From positions 248,001-312,000 of the forward strand of contig NIVC01000889.1 of assembly GCA_002269645.1 (NCBI GenBank): DNA of 64,000 nt, written 5' to 3'. The notes below the pieces were generated by a model. It worked only from the letters and a program-made list of their open reading frames with translations. It did no database searches and was not told the origin of the DNA. This document shows positions 27,149 to 41,300 of the stretch, piece after piece. The translations under genes and the position numbers were made by a program. Origin of the DNA: Macrostomum lignano. Its lineage: Eukaryota. The number at the start of each line of letters is the position of its first letter. The first letter of the stretch is position 1.

Positions 27149-29920
27149 GAGAAAGTAAATTTCTCATCGCCCCCGATACTTGCAGAGGCCAGAATCGTGC
27201 AGTATAGAACTTGCATACTTTTACGAGTATACGGACCATGCAGCTTTTACTACTAATGTATCAATACTTTGCTGGTTACAGCTTGCAATTAAAGAAATGT
27301 TAACATTGCAGTACGAGACTGCAGAGAATATTCTCTGCGAGACTGTTGATACTATGAGGAACTTGCTCTCTTAATACTAAATTGCGGAGAAACTACTGTA
27401 CAAGCTACAGAATGTAAGGTCTTATGCCACAGATGCCATAGAATATAGTATTCTGTGTTCTATACCATATGCCAAGAACAAAAATGTACTTATTTCTTTC
27501 ACCAGCATTTTATACTCCTCATATTCGTTTACTTTCCTATTAAATTCGATAGAGGCGCTCCTCAGGCCATGGTAATGTCCGCTGCTGCTTTATTTATGTA
27601 CTTTTTGGTTTTTATTTCTGCGCTCGTAAATACTTTATTTCGCCAAAAATAAAACGAATTGTAAGTTGGATTCGCTGACAGCGCAACAGTTTGCTTAGCC
27701 TTATAGGTGTATCAGGCCGGCACAACGATACCTGTACGGGTTGGATGGTAGCTTTTTTCATCACCGCGATCATTGAAGGTGGCTCGCACCTCCCAGAGCT
27801 AGGCTCGTGTCTCAAAAGAAGTCCGATATACATGTAGTAGGAAGTCTGGTGCCACAAAACCTTCGTGTCACGCAGATCGCCATGTTGGCGGTAACCATGC
27901 AGCTGCTCTGGCACGTTGTACGCACGGAGAACCATCTGGGGAGAACTCCTATCCACGTAGCTATCCATGTAGCTCTTTACGCCTCTATATAGCTCCTATA
28001 TACGCCTCTAAGTACAGGCCCTATACGCCTCTGTGTCGTTGATGCATTTGGGCTAGGACCATTTCAGAATTCTGTAAAATAATTATTTCAGCTACAGCCC
28101 AGCGTGACAATGCTTTTCTATAGCAAATATGCAGTACAATATAGATTTGTACAGTCCGCTGGATGCCGCGGTCAGATGTCATGAATACCTCGTAGAGCGC
28201 GGATGTACTGGGAGGTCACGACGGCGAAAAGCCCATATCGGTGATGGCATGGTTGGAACGGCATCCAGCAGAAAATCCCAATGTACGATCTAAAAAACCC
28301 AATGTAAAACCCAATCGAATCCTGACACTGAAATCCCGACTGTTCTGGACTCTCTTCATTTCTCTTCAGGAAAGACAAATTTCTAGTCAGAAGTTTTTAA
28401 AGGTAGCTTTTAGAGTTAAAAAATTCACAGTAGATAGAGATTGCTCTGCAGATCGCACAGTAATTCTGATATGAAGTAGCAGTAGTAGTAGTAGTACTTG
28501 ACAATCTGGATTTTCCAATACTATATGATCAAATCCCTATGCAGTGGTATAAAGAAGCGAACTAATATAGTGTGCATGTGTATACATATATGCGACTTAA
28601 GGATACGGTCAATATTTTCTTTCACCAGTGGTAATTATGTTTCATATTAAATTAAAGCGATGCGTTTTAATTTGTTTATACACACTGATTGTCCCATAAA
28701 TTCAAACTGACAACTGACGACAATGAAAATTTCATTTTTTGTTTAATTCAATGTCGTACTACAGTGGTATGGTGTATGTGTGTGTGTGTAATTTCAATTG
28801 AAGTTGCTGTTGTAATTGCGCATGTAAAACAACGTGGTCTTATTATTGATAAATTGCTGTTTGAAATTGTGAACAGCAATTTCTGTGGCTGCGTTATAAC
28901 TGAAAATGAGAATTAAATCAAGGATAGATGACACTATGACAGTTGCTCAGTTGCTGGCTAGGTCTAGCCTAGACGCCCTAGAGCTAGAGGCAGTCAATTT
29001 TGTTGAACTTCTGAGTATGACGTTCTATGTTAAATTTGATTTGGTACAGGCCTAGGCCTATGCCACCTATTAGTATTTAGGCATTTGATATATATTTATA
29101 AATAAAAGTGTACTTTGTAATTATGTTCGCCATTGTTTGGAACTGACCCAGGAACAAATTTTACCATTGCATTGGCATTGATTAGTGTATGTGTATAATA
29201 CTATAATTATATATAGTATGCAATGTTAGGAATGATATGATTGAGCTATATGCATTTATTATTTGTAGTAGGCCTAGTTTTAAACTTAATTTGCATTCAG
29301 AACTCACAATAAATAGTTCAAGTCTCATTAAGACCTTTGCCAAGGATTTTTAGCTACTTACTAGCCAAACATCCCCTTTCAGGGAATCTATGTTTAAGAG
29401 TTGTATTTTCAAGTTTTCAGGTTACAAAACAATGTACTTTTATCAAGACAGATTTGTAAAAATCCTTATGGTAGTTCAGAATTCTGTTTAAAAAAACTTC
29501 ATTTTTGTATGGGCCCTGCAGTAAAGTATTTTTACAGTTTGTTTCATTTGGATAAAAAATAATTTTGGTCTTCCAAAGTGGTACTGATGCTGAATTGATG
29601 CAGAAATGAAACCAAATAAAATATTTCAAATAGGTAAGTAGCATTGCACATAAAAAGTTCAAAATTAAACTTAGTGAAAATCTTTGCATTTAGATATATT
29701 TTTAGAATTTTGTAATACGCTGATATTTACATAAAGTATTTCATCAGAAAAATAATTGAAAAATGAATCCTGTATGATTCTACTCTTTATATGCAGGCAA
29801 AGTGCTATATATTTCAAGGCAAGTTATAAAGATTGGTTTTGAATGCAAGTTTTACTTTTTATTGCAAAAAAAACTGTTTCTTATGTGCTTACTTTAACAT
29901 TAAATAATAATTTAAAACAT

Positions 29921-30735
29921 TAGGCCTATTATGTCTACTATGTCTAACTGATTTCGAAAAAAGTATAATCTAAAAAACTAGACAGAAAATAGCTACTGAG
30001 AGAATGAAGTGAAATTTGTCTGCATTACCTTATATTTACAATTAAAAAGCTTTCATAAAAATCATATAATAAAAATAAATCAATTTTTATATTTTTGAGA
30101 AGAAACTTCATAAATACTTCTTACCCATTCACAGCAATGTTGGCCATTTCCTTAACCTTTTTAAAGTTGAAGTGCGACATGCAATAAACCACTTCTTCAG
30201 CAATGTCCACTTTGCCATCCTTATCAATATCTAGTCTCAACTCTAGCACATTTACAGCTATATTAAACTAAGAATCAATAATCTTCAAACTATTACCTTT
30301 GATTCTAATACAAGTGCCCTCCTTGCACTTTTCCCAGGTAGCTTCCAACTGTTCACCAAATATGGAAACTTTAATTTCACCTGTGGAATCTCTTAAGAGC
30401 AAAGAAAAAACCTGGCTATTAGAGCTTGACCGGTTGAAATTTTGGATCTGTGAATAAAGGCAATAAGGGCAATATATTGATATTAGAGGATTAAAGCCAT
30501 TTTAATTAATGATTTCTATTCATAACAATAGGTCATTTTACTTCATTTTTCTGACCTGTATATGAAAAAAATATCTAGAAAAATACTCAAAAATCAAAAT
30601 AGCACTTAGATTCTGAATTTAAAGATCTGAAATGACAAGTAAATTACTTATTGCAGTATGCATAAAAACCAGTCCAGTCAATTCTTGACTTATTTGACCA
30701 CAACTATTTAGTTTATTAATAGTTATCATGTTGAC
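29921..30735 (-). pseudogene. RPA70 (RPA1)-like OB-fold gene fragment, spliced, with an in-frame stop
   Basis: Exons 30735-30648, 30555-30542, 30447-30125 splice in frame to ...ISQKNEIQNFNRSSSNSQVFSLLLRDSTGEIKVSIFGEQLEATWEKCKEGTCIRIKGNSLKIIDS*FNIAVNVLELRL...FNFKKVKEM. This resembles RPA1 DBD-A ([27 protein letters not shown]...KGTLKIANKQF). VDIIGL at ~29938-29921 resembles the start of DBD-B. TAG at 30270-30268. Confidence 0.7.
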
Positions 30736-31233
30736 CTGAAAAAGTTACAATTTTGCACATATTTATACTAAATATATATAGAAGCCACATTAATACAAAA
30801 TAAATAAGAATTTCAATATCAAATTGATTAATTAAAATGTTATATTAAATTAAAATACATAAAAATATGGGAACATTAAATTTGAAATGTATCTGTAATG
30901 CTATAAAGGTAATTTTTATATATAAAGAAAAATAAAGTAAACAATTAGATATACAGTTATTATTTTAAATCTCTACTGATATAATTAAATAAGTTTAAGT
31001 TTAATTATAAAAATGTAATAATATTTTTTATAATATGACTATATATCAATACTCAATTTCTATATTAAAATAAAAATGCAAATAGTTAGGGTTCATTTTT
31101 AGTATATAGAAAGACTACAGAAAAGAATACAGAAAATATAGAAAGAAATTAATAAACTTTGTGCTTTTGTAATTTGTGTATACTTTTATAAAAAATATAA
31201 ATTGCATTTATACTTTTCTATCAATCTATACCT

Positions 31234-34200
31234 CAGTGGTGGGAGTGAGGAGTGCCCATTTTTTCACGCCTACAATTTTTTTTGCACCGCAAGTTTTTTG
31301 TGTCAATCTTTTTTTGCCATACATTGACTATATAATGTTCAAAAGAGTAACTCTGATTGAAAAAAAACGATTGTTGTGTTGTTGCAACAGCTTGACTATA
31401 ATTTAACATCGTAGTCATAGACAATAGTGCGCTACTCGCACTCGTGGGTCTCGTGTATTGCATTTTATTAGGTCTTACAAATGAATTATTTAAATGAAAG
31501 TTATTGAATTGCTAAAGATTAAATTCGAAATAATCGTAACTTGCATTTGTTATAATTCAAGCTAGACTAAATCTAGTATATGAAATCAAAAGCTATATAC
31601 GAGAGCATATCTAACTTTGGAAGATGTAATTTTAAGCAAGTAAAAGGCAACTAACATAGCATTAGCCTAAAAAAACATTACGACTAATTGTTCAATATTG
31701 TCATTGTCACGCTGTTATTATCCAGAGCGGAACTTTTTCTGTTAAACGCTTTCTGGCAGAGGGTTCGACAATGACTGCTCAATAGCTCGATGCTTGAGCA
31801 CCGTCTCAGTGATTTTCTCGGCCTGTTTCAGCTTCTTCTTCTGCAGCTTGTCTTGTCTGTGTTGCAGGTCGTCCAGCTCACGATCTCGGTCCTCCTTCGC
31901 CTTAGTCATTTCCAGCAACAGCTTCTGAGCATCATCCCTCTGCTTTTTCTTTATCTGCTCGTTAGTCTCCAGAACAGAATTTTCTAAGTCTGTGAATGTC
32001 TTGCTTGCGCTTTTCTCATTTCGAATTTCAGAGAGGACACTCTTCTTGAGCTCTTCCCTCTTCTTGCGCTCCTCTTCTTGCTTCTCTTCTAGCCGTCGGC
32101 GGTACGTAGCATAGGCGCTGTTGCACAGGTTCTGCAACCTAAGCGAGACTGGTAGCGTAGCAGCTGTCCAACATTTAGCAGCAAGGCAAGAGTGCGCGAC
32201 AACTAGTGCCTTAATGGTGTGCGCTCCAAGAGTGGAGCGCTTCTTTGTAACGACATCATTAAGATTGCTGAAAATTCTCTCAACTTCCGCGTTGCCATGC
32301 GGCAAGACGAATAGCACACATACTATGCGCATAAGAAGTGGGCGATTGCCAACTGCGGCAACCTTTCCCTAGAAGTTACTAGCCGATTCGGATTCAATGT
32401 CTAACTCAGCAATCAGCACATCTTGTTGATGAGCACAAGCCTCAACTCGCAACATGTCGAGCTCGCTTGCTGTCATGATTGTTGGTAGCTGCCTGGCAAT
32501 GGTATCAACCCACTGAACAAACCGTTTGTCTGCTTTTTGGATCCAGCAGTTGGCAGGCACAAAGAGTGGAGCTGCTCAGCGGCAAATATTCAAAGAGTTT
32601 CTCTGTTCCCTTTACAAAGAACGCTTTCACCAAAGCTAGACAGGCCTGTTGGTCACTAGCAGACATCTCAATGAAGAGACGCCTAGCCTGCTCCCCCATG
32701 CCGATTTGCAGATGGGGCAGCCAAATTGAACTGTCCTTTAAATCCAGCTTCTAGACTTTGGCGGGTAGTTTGACTGGTGAGACAAAGCGCAACAGCCAGC
32801 AGCGTGTCAGGTCATTCAGCACTTTGTACAGCCGGAATATTTGGCAGTCTTCTTGTTGGAACAACAGCTCAAACTTCTGCAGAGGACGCAAAACTTCGAA
32901 CAAAAATAGAAGAAAAAAATCGACTTTGGGGTCACAAACTTGGGCCTTGAGTGTGCTAAATTTTACGCCATGCTCCTTAGTTGCAGAGTTGAAGAAGTAC
33001 TTTTTTAGAGGCTCTAACAGTCGCAAAACTCGTTCAACTACCGGCAACAGCTGCAGCCAATAGGTGTCAACTGGCCGAATAAATGCCAGCTTTCGCACTT
33101 CATCGAATTCAGTTGCAATGACATGTAAGCGGTCCTTTTCGTCAAGCAAAAACTTGAAATGGCAATAGAGGTCGCGCACTAGTGTCTCCACGCTGAGACC
33201 TAAGTCCAAAGCGTCGCAAGTGTTTTTTGCGGCGTTGTGGATGTGATGAAGGCTGCAGCCGCCTACATCAATGATATTTCGAAGGTCATCCCGAAGTCAA
33301 ACTACTACTCCGCTCTTGAAGCCCCGCATGGTGTTGCAGCTGTCCGACATCACTCCGACACACTTTGACTTGTTGAGGTTGCACTCCAAAATCATCTGCA
33401 AAACAGAAGCAGAAATAGCTGCGGCAGTTGTAGAAGACAACATAGGCAAATCTATGCAGACTGATTTGGCCTTCATGGTTTTTTTGGTACTATTTTCTGA
33501 AAGATATCGCAGAAGGATGCTGAGAAACTTTCCATTCTTATTGGCTTCATCAATTTGCACTGAAAAAAAGCCTGAGTCTGGTGACTTGCTGTTGCTGCAA
33601 ACATCGGCCAGAATAACCTCTTTCAGGTAGGGAAAGAGGCCGTGAGACACGAGGTAAGAAATCTTTGATCGATGAAGCTGTATTGCAGTCGGAAACTTGG
33701 AGTCGGGACAAATCGCACGTAAGTCCTCAACAGCGTCATCCTTAGACTCAAAGCTACGATTTTTAATAATAATCCTTGTGATAAAATGAATTTCCAAGAC
33801 TTTCGCAGAGTGACTTAAGTCATTTGGCTCGCAAGACCCGCCAATACTCTGATCAGCCTGGCCTGCGGATGCCCCTGCCATCAACATCTTGAGAGAGCTG
33901 CTGCTCCGACGGGCCTTCGAAATTTCGCGATGACTTACTGCCTGTGAGTGGCTCTTAAAGTTTGTAATGCCACTTCGAAAAACAAAATCAACATTACACC
34001 AGGCACAATCTGCTTTAAAGTCGTCTCGCTTACGTGCCCAAAGACCAATGACGTCACCATTATAGTCGAGCTTATTTAACCAATTGTTGTTCCATTGAAC
34101 ACGCTTCGCCAAGCTTAATTTTAATAACAATTGTCAGTAGCACTGGAAGGCGAAAATGGAAGAGATGCTGTAGTGAAAACTATTAGTCTATGAGTGTTGT

Positions 34201-34565
34201 CTTAACTTGGTATTCAATTTTTAGTCACAACGGATTACTGATTTCCAAGAATAGAATAAGAATAAGTTTCAGTTCTATTTCTAAAATTGCTAAATAAAAC
34301 TAAGACACTTAAATGTCTGATAAAACTACAAAATTCTTCAGCATTACACAAGTTTATTTAAACAACAATAAGTTTACAAGTGAAAGTATAGCTGTAGGAG
34401 ACACTGGGGGTGTGGCAGTCACTGGCAAAGTAAAGCAAAATCAGCTAACATTTTTCGCGCATTGAGCATTAAAAAAAATCGCGCCTCGCCTCAGAAATCG
34501 CGTATTCGCGCCATTAATCCCGAAATTCGCGCCAGGCGCGAATTCGCACCTCACTCCCACCACTG
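31234..34565 (-). mobile_element. Full-length hAT DNA transposon, 3332 bp
   Basis: Perfect 17-bp TIRs CAGTGGTGGGAGTGAGG (31234-31250 and 34549-34565), perfect 8-bp TSD CTATACCT (31226-31233 and 34566-34573), and clustered subterminal TTCGCG/CGCG motifs at 34455-34548. Confidence 0.95.
31742..34130 (-). pseudogene. hAT transposase pseudogene (BED-like finger, DDE core, hATC domain)
   Basis: Motifs W..C.WC...F...G..H....H, SVQIDE, GVMSD...MRG.KSGV, CSLHHIH, YWL, LPHGNAEVERIFS. In-frame stops at 33297-33299, 32751-32753 and 32369-32371, and one frameshift near 32530. Confidence 0.9.
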
Positions 34566-36875
34566 CTATACCTATAAAAATCAAAACTCTGTCTATGTGT
34601 CTGTGTGTGGACAATTTTGATCGTTAAATATAATAATACATGTTGCAATTAGCTATTTTATAACTTGAGATATTGAAAATGCTAAATTTACAAAAGTTTT
34701 GACTAATTGATATAGTAATAATTGTTTTAATAATAGCTATTCATTATTGCCTAATACTTTTGCCTTAATAAAGCTACATTAGTTGTTACTACATTGTGAA
34801 AATTATATATTTTTTGTTAGCAAAACATTTCTATTCTTTTTTTGTCTATTACGATTGCCTAAATATCATACTTTGCCTTAATATGCATGAAATACTTATT
34901 ATCCTGTTTAATGTTGTTAGAATTTAGCTGCCATATTTAATAAAATCATTATATATATCAGCTAATAAATAAAGCTACTAAAAGTTGACTGTGTCACTCA
35001 TTTGGAGGCACCCTACCTGCCCTTCCCCTAAAAGGTTTTGTTTAGCTATAAGCGTATAGCCTTTCTTTCCTTCTCTCAAAAGGAGCATACACTCCCTTCC
35101 CAAGTGATTATCTCACCCTTTCTCAATTGAACAAGTGTGCTGCCTTTCCAATCCCTAGATCCTTAGTCTAATCTAGCATTCTGCTAATTCCCCTTTCTAG
35201 ACTTATTGTCTGCCCAAGCCTTTGCCTATTCTTAACCCCTCTTTTAACATTAGGCATCCTGCCTCCCTCCCTATCCAACTTTCTCTCCCAATTATTAGGC
35301 ACCTTGCCCTTTCCCAATTCCCTATTAAGAGCCTAATATCTATAATAGATAGACAGTAAATAGTATAATAGATAGTATCTTGCCACTTAGACACTATGCC
35401 ACTAGGAGCAACCCTAGGCATAATCATAATAATGAGAATTGAACATTATCCCAATTCTAAGAAAGTCCTAAATCCTGAGTCGAGTTAACCCTGTAACAAT
35501 TTGGTGACTAAGCGGTAGAATCAAGCTATAACTTAATAGACCCTATGATATAATGTATTATTAAATCTTTAATGACCTTTTTAAAAGTTGGTATATTGAT
35601 TTTGGTATACAAAACTGAAAATGAATATATGAATATATGAACTATAAGAATAGTATATAGGATAACTGACTAAATCCAAAATATGACAATATAATGACTC
35701 TAATAATGAATATAAAAAATACTTTACAAAACATTTTTTCCTAATAAAAGGTTTGCCAGGAAGACTTTGTTAGTTAAAGATAAACTCTATCAACTATGCT
35801 GCATATAGTTGCTTTGATTTAAGTTATAAATGTAATATCCATTTTAATATTGTTTTCTTGAGTCACATGATCATGTTATTTCTTGAAAAATTGAGAATTT
35901 TGAATTAAAATAGGTCAACTTAACAAAACCCTATTGGAACCTGCAGACATACAACACAAAGTCTAAAATTATAGCTCAAAAACCTGGTATAACACAGAAC
36001 ATATAATTAACTTTTGCATTGAATACATATTATATAATACTAATTAGATGATAAGGCATTTAACCTTCATAAGATATAGTGATAGTTACTCTTGCCATTT
36101 TACCTTAAAACTATACCACTCCTTGACACCACTTGCCTTAACTCCAGCCACAATTTGATACCAGAAAGTTCCAAAAGGGAACAAAATAAATAGGCTAATA
36201 ATAATGTAGACCTTAATTTTTAAAGCAAAGAAATACTGCAAAGGCAAAAACACTTATTGCAAATTAAGGGCACATGTTCTATATTTTGTATCTAATTCTA
36301 CTTTATTCTTTATAATCTAATAATCTATTCTAGGCACGATAAGGTAAACCAGAGCATCAAGAAGTGTGGATATTAGTTATATATAATAAACAAATTGAGC
36401 CTAAAATAATAGCCTATTTTTATATGCACAAAAAAGACTTTATGTTTTTGCTAAGTTTTCTTAGAAATGCATATAGTTAAATTTATGCAAAAAAGAAATT
36501 ATTTTTATTTTTGTTTAAATGTTGTTATTATCAAAAATATTAACTTTTGTTTAAAATGCATTGGAAATTATAGTATAAATAGAAGCTCAAAGCGGGCCAA
36601 GAAAAATAAACTTTATTGCCTTAACTCATTAAGAGTTCTCAAACTTTGAGCAAACTTAATAAGCTCTTTTTAAATCTCTAAAAAAAGTTGTTCAAATCAA
36701 CTTATTCATTTCTAAAGTAGCAAATCCCCTTCTTGGGAGTATCAGAAACTGCTAAGAGCAAGAATTGCCTCAAGGCAAGGAAAGTGCCTCAGGGCAAGGA
36801 AAAAGCATAAATCTATGACACTCTGATCCCAGGAATGCCCAGGACTGAGAAAAACTTATAGGAATAAATAGAGTA

Positions 36876-37665
36876 GGGCCATTTCATATAATTATGGTCG
36901 TAATATGACAGACTATTTTTACTTATAAAATGAAATCTAATAATAGAATGTACTAAACCAATATTTTGAATGAAAGATTATTTTGTCAAGAATATGTTTA
37001 TAAAGTTTCATATAGATGTCATCATTAGTATAGATGCTATTAAACCTTGAATGGCACTTATGGTCCTAACAACAGGATTTTTGACATATAGAAACTAAAA
37101 GGTAAAAGTCTTATAACATTTTTCATTTTTGATATGTTGCAAAAATTTTTTTTAAATTTGACTAAGAACATCTTTAGAAGTCATACTCTTTAATTAGAAT
37201 ATATAAACTCAAAAAGGCAACAAAGATACAAAAGAAAAGGCAGCCTTTTGGTCATAACATTATGGTCGTAACATATTTTTTTTCTGTCAATTTAGTAACT
37301 TTAAAGTACTAATATATTAAAAATATTATATAGATTATATGGTTGCTAATGTTTTTATCTGATGATGCAAGTACTATAATTTTATATATAGTTTTTTTTA
37401 CCTTCTAAAGCTTTCTATTTGTTTTTAAAAGGTACATAAACTTAATGATGTCTTTTGCTTAGAAAATGTCCAATTTTTTACAAAAATAACTTTTTGCCAA
37501 CTGATAACATACTAATCCAACATTTTATCATTTATTTATTCTTAGATTGTATACATTACATACAAAAAAGATTTGGTAAAAAAATTGGCTGATAAGGCAA
37601 TGACAAGCAAAAATATTGACTTTTTTCTATTTTCCAAATATGTCCATCTTATATGGAATGGGCCA
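36876..37665 (-). mobile_element. ~790-bp AT-rich MITE, copy 1
   Basis: Reverse complement of 45085-45882 along its whole length. Ends GGGCCATTTCATATAA / CTTATATGGAATGGGCCA; internal TATGGTCGTAAC motif repeated; GTA on both flanks. Confidence 0.85.
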
Positions 37666-38020
37666 GTAGACAGTGCCATTAGACCACTTAGACCAAAGAG
37701 TACAGTACATATAAAGATGCTACCAGTAAGATAAATAGACACTACCCAGATAGAAGTAGATAGAATTAGTCACACTTCTCTTTGTACAAAAGTACATTAA
37801 ATTAAGTATAGGAATTAACCCTGTAATATCTGGTAGCATTGTGAGATTATTTATAACGACAGAAGGTAACCCCTTTGACAACTTTGGTGGCAGCAAGTAA
37901 GATTAACAGTAGAATAAATAAGAGCTCTGGGACAAAATATAATTAATTTGCTGAATATATATATTAAGTTATAAATGCAAATATAAATGTTATTTATGAG
38001 ATTAAAGGCCTACTATAAAA

Positions 38021-38182
38021 TTACCCCATCGAATGCTGGCACCTATTTTACAACTGGGTGAATTGAAGCAATGCAGAGTTAAGTGTCTTGCTCAAGGACA
38101 TAAATTGTTCCCGTGCGATTGGGAATCGAACCCCGACCTTCAAGTCGTTTGTTCGACGCTCTGACCACTAGGCTACAACCCC
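38021..38182 (-). mobile_element. tRNA-derived SINE, copy 3 (head and core only)
   Basis: Reverse complement reads ggggttgtagcctagtggtcagagcgtcg...ggggttcgattccc (A and B boxes), then gtccttgagcaagacacttaac; the 3' half is absent. Confidence 0.85.
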
Positions 38183-38351
38183 TTAATCAGAGTTACAAAG
38201 AAAAATGTCTTAGATTTTTGCTTCATGCTAAGCAAGTCAGTGCCCAACTAAAAATCAATATATTGAATTAGATGCTAATCAAAAGCTGCAATTGTGAATT
38301 GCATGCAAATTAATTTTCAATTTCCAACTTAATCATCAGCAACAGTCAGTC

Positions 38352-41300
38352 ATGGACTCCACATCGCGCACCCCATCTGAGCGGTCTCGCCTATACAAAA
38401 ACAAAGACAAAGATGGCGAAGAGTTGCGCCGTCGTCGCAACGACGCAAGCGTTGAGCTGCGCAAAGCGTCCAAAACTGATCAGATGATGAAGCGGCGAAA
38501 TATCGACCTGGCCGCCGGGGATGACGACGAGGACGTGGCCCTTGGCGACGGTCAGCAGCAGGCCAGCGGCAAAGTGCTCAGCCCGCTACGCGACGCCAAT
38601 AACGTCTTGGCTAATGCCAGCATTGACGACATCTGCAAGGCTATGAAGTCCGGATCTCCTGCCGATCAGTTTGCCGCCATCCAGGCCTGCCGACGGGCTC
38701 TGTCTAAGGAGCGGCACCCGCCTATTGATGAGTTCGTTAATAGGGGCGTGCTGCCCGAGCTGGTTGTGGCCCTGACCAAGCCGGCTAATCACCAGGTGCA
38801 GATTGGCCTGCGTTATTGTCATGCTTTAATAGTTTCAGCCAGTCAGTGTGGCTCATTGTATAGGCGCTGTCATTAGGGGTGTTCATATCTCCGTAAAGCA
38901 GCTTGTTTTACAACTCCGACATTCATTTCTCTGACACTGCATGTCTCCGACTATTCATATATCCGACTCTTCATATTTCCGGACACTTAAAATCTCCGAC
39001 ACTTCATATTTCCGACTCTTCATATCTCCGACACTTCATATTTCCGACACTTCATATTTCCGACTCTTCATATCTCCGACACTTCATATTTCCGACACTT
39101 CATATCTCCGACACTTGAAATCTCCGACACTTCATATCTCCGACACTTCATATCTCCGACTCTTCATATTTCCGACACTGCATATCTCCGACACTTCATC
39201 TCACTGACACTTCATCTCACTGACACTTCATCTCACTGAAACTTCATATTTCCGACACTTCATATTTCCGACAATTCATGTTTCCGACTCTTCATATCTC
39301 CGACACTTCATATCTCCGACACTTGAAATCTCCGACACTTCATATCTCCGACACTTCATATCTCCGACTCTTCATATTTCCGACACTGCATATCTCCGAC
39401 ACTTCATCTCACTGACACTTCATCTCACTGACACTTCATCTCACTGAAACTTCATATTCCGACTCTTTATATCTCCGACTTCATATCTCCGACACTTCAT
39501 ATTTCCGACACTTCATATCTCTGACACTTTATCTCACTGACACTTCATATCTCCGACACTTCATATTTCCGACACTTCATATCTCCGACACTTTATCTCA
39601 CTGACACTTCATATCTCCGACACTTTATCTCACTGACACTTCATATCTCCGACACTTCATATTTCCGACACTTCATATCTCCGACACTTTATATCTCACT
39701 GACACTTCATCTCACTGACACTTCATCTCACTGACACTTCATCTCACTGACACTTCATCTCACTGACACTTCATATCTCCGACACTTCATATCTCCGACA
39801 CTTCATATCTCCGACACTTCATATCTCCGACACTTCATATCTCCGACACTTCATATTTCCGACTCTTCATATCTCCGACACTTCATATCTCCGACTCTTC
39901 ATATTTCCGACACTTCATATTTCCGACACTTCATATCTCCGACTCTTCATATTTCCGACTCTTCATATCTCCGACGCTTCATATTTCCGACACTTCACAA
40001 CTCCGACACTGAATGTGTGTTGTGTCCCTGCACCCTCGGATGAGTGAATGTGTATTGTGTCCCACAAAGTCTACAGTTTCTTGCATCGGTACTATATTTA
40101 AACGCATCAAGCATTGGACTGTGCAGTGCCTATTATTAAGCCATTAATTCGCCATCACAGGTGGTATTCGAAGCGGCCTGGGCCCTCACCAACATAGCCA
40201 GCGGTGAGGCTCAGCACACTCGCGCCGTTGTTAACGCCGGCGCCCTGCAGCCCCTGATTGAACTGTTGAACTCCGAGCATCTCAACGTGGCCGAGCAGGC
40301 CGTCTGGGCTCTCGGCAACATCGCTGGTGATGGCTCCGAGCTGCGCGACCGCGCCATCAAAGCTGGAATTGTCCAGCCGCTGCTCCGGCTGCTCCAGCGG
40401 GTGTCACGCGATTCCGCCATCGCCGCTAGCAGCAGCAGCTCGGGCTCGGATAATAGCGTCTCGTTGCTAGGCAACTGCGCTTGGCTAGTTAGCAACCTGT
40501 GCCGCAATAAGAATCCGCCACCGCCAGCTAGCGCCGTGCTGGAACTCCTGCCGGCTATGGCCGCCCTGCTGCAGGCGCCGCACAAGGAGGTGGTGCAGGA
40601 CACCTGCTGGGCTCTGAGCTACGTTACCGACGCCGTTAATGATCTTATTGGACAGGTAATTCAAAGGCAACAGTGTTTAACAGAATGGATAATGAAGTGT
40701 CCAGAAAAATTAGTTATACGTACTAATGCTGAAATGTGCCAAAATCACATGCTGATGTACGAGTATGTAACAGAATCCCATGTTTGATGTACATAGGAGA
40801 ATCCCATGTTTGATGTACATAGGAGAATCCCATGTTTGATGTACATAGGAGAATCCCATGTTTGATGTACATTGGAGAATCCCATGTTTGATGTACATTG
40901 GAGAATCCCATGTTTGATGTACATTGGAGAATCCAATGTTTGATGTACATAGGAGAATCCCATGTTTGATGTACATTGGAGAATCCCATGTTTGATGTAC
41001 ATTGGAGAATCCCATGTTTGATGTACATTGGAGTATCCCATGTTTGATGTACATTGGAGAATCTCATGATGTTGTACATTGGAGAATCCCATGCTGATTT
41101 ATATTATAGAGAATCTCATGCTGATGTACGAGCTACATTGAAGAATCCCGTACTGATGTAAATTGGAGAATCTCATTCTGATGTACATTGGAGAATCTCA
41201 TGTTGATGTACATTGAAGAATTCCATGCTGATGTACATTCGAGAATCCCATGCTGATGTATTTTGAAGAATCCCATGCTGATGTACATTATAGAGAATCT

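Larger units (their letters stand above)
31225..34625 (+). mobile_element. Helitron-type 5' terminus split by the hAT insertion
   Basis: Removing the hAT and one TSD gives A|TCTATACCTATAAAAATCAAAACTCTGTCTATGTGTCTGTGTG, which shares AAAAATCAAAACT with the unit 3 5' end (TCCAATATACTAAAAATCAAAACT). The 3' end was not found. Confidence 0.6.

Noticed and set aside
35000-36200. Purine-rich and exon-like stretches on the minus strand of the AT-rich block
   Set aside because: Short open segments with stops; I could not assign them to any family or link them to the RPA-like exons.
38100-38182. Apparent tRNA gene here and at 61689-61765
   Set aside because: tRNA-like heads continue straight into the SINE body and lack a proper acceptor stem.
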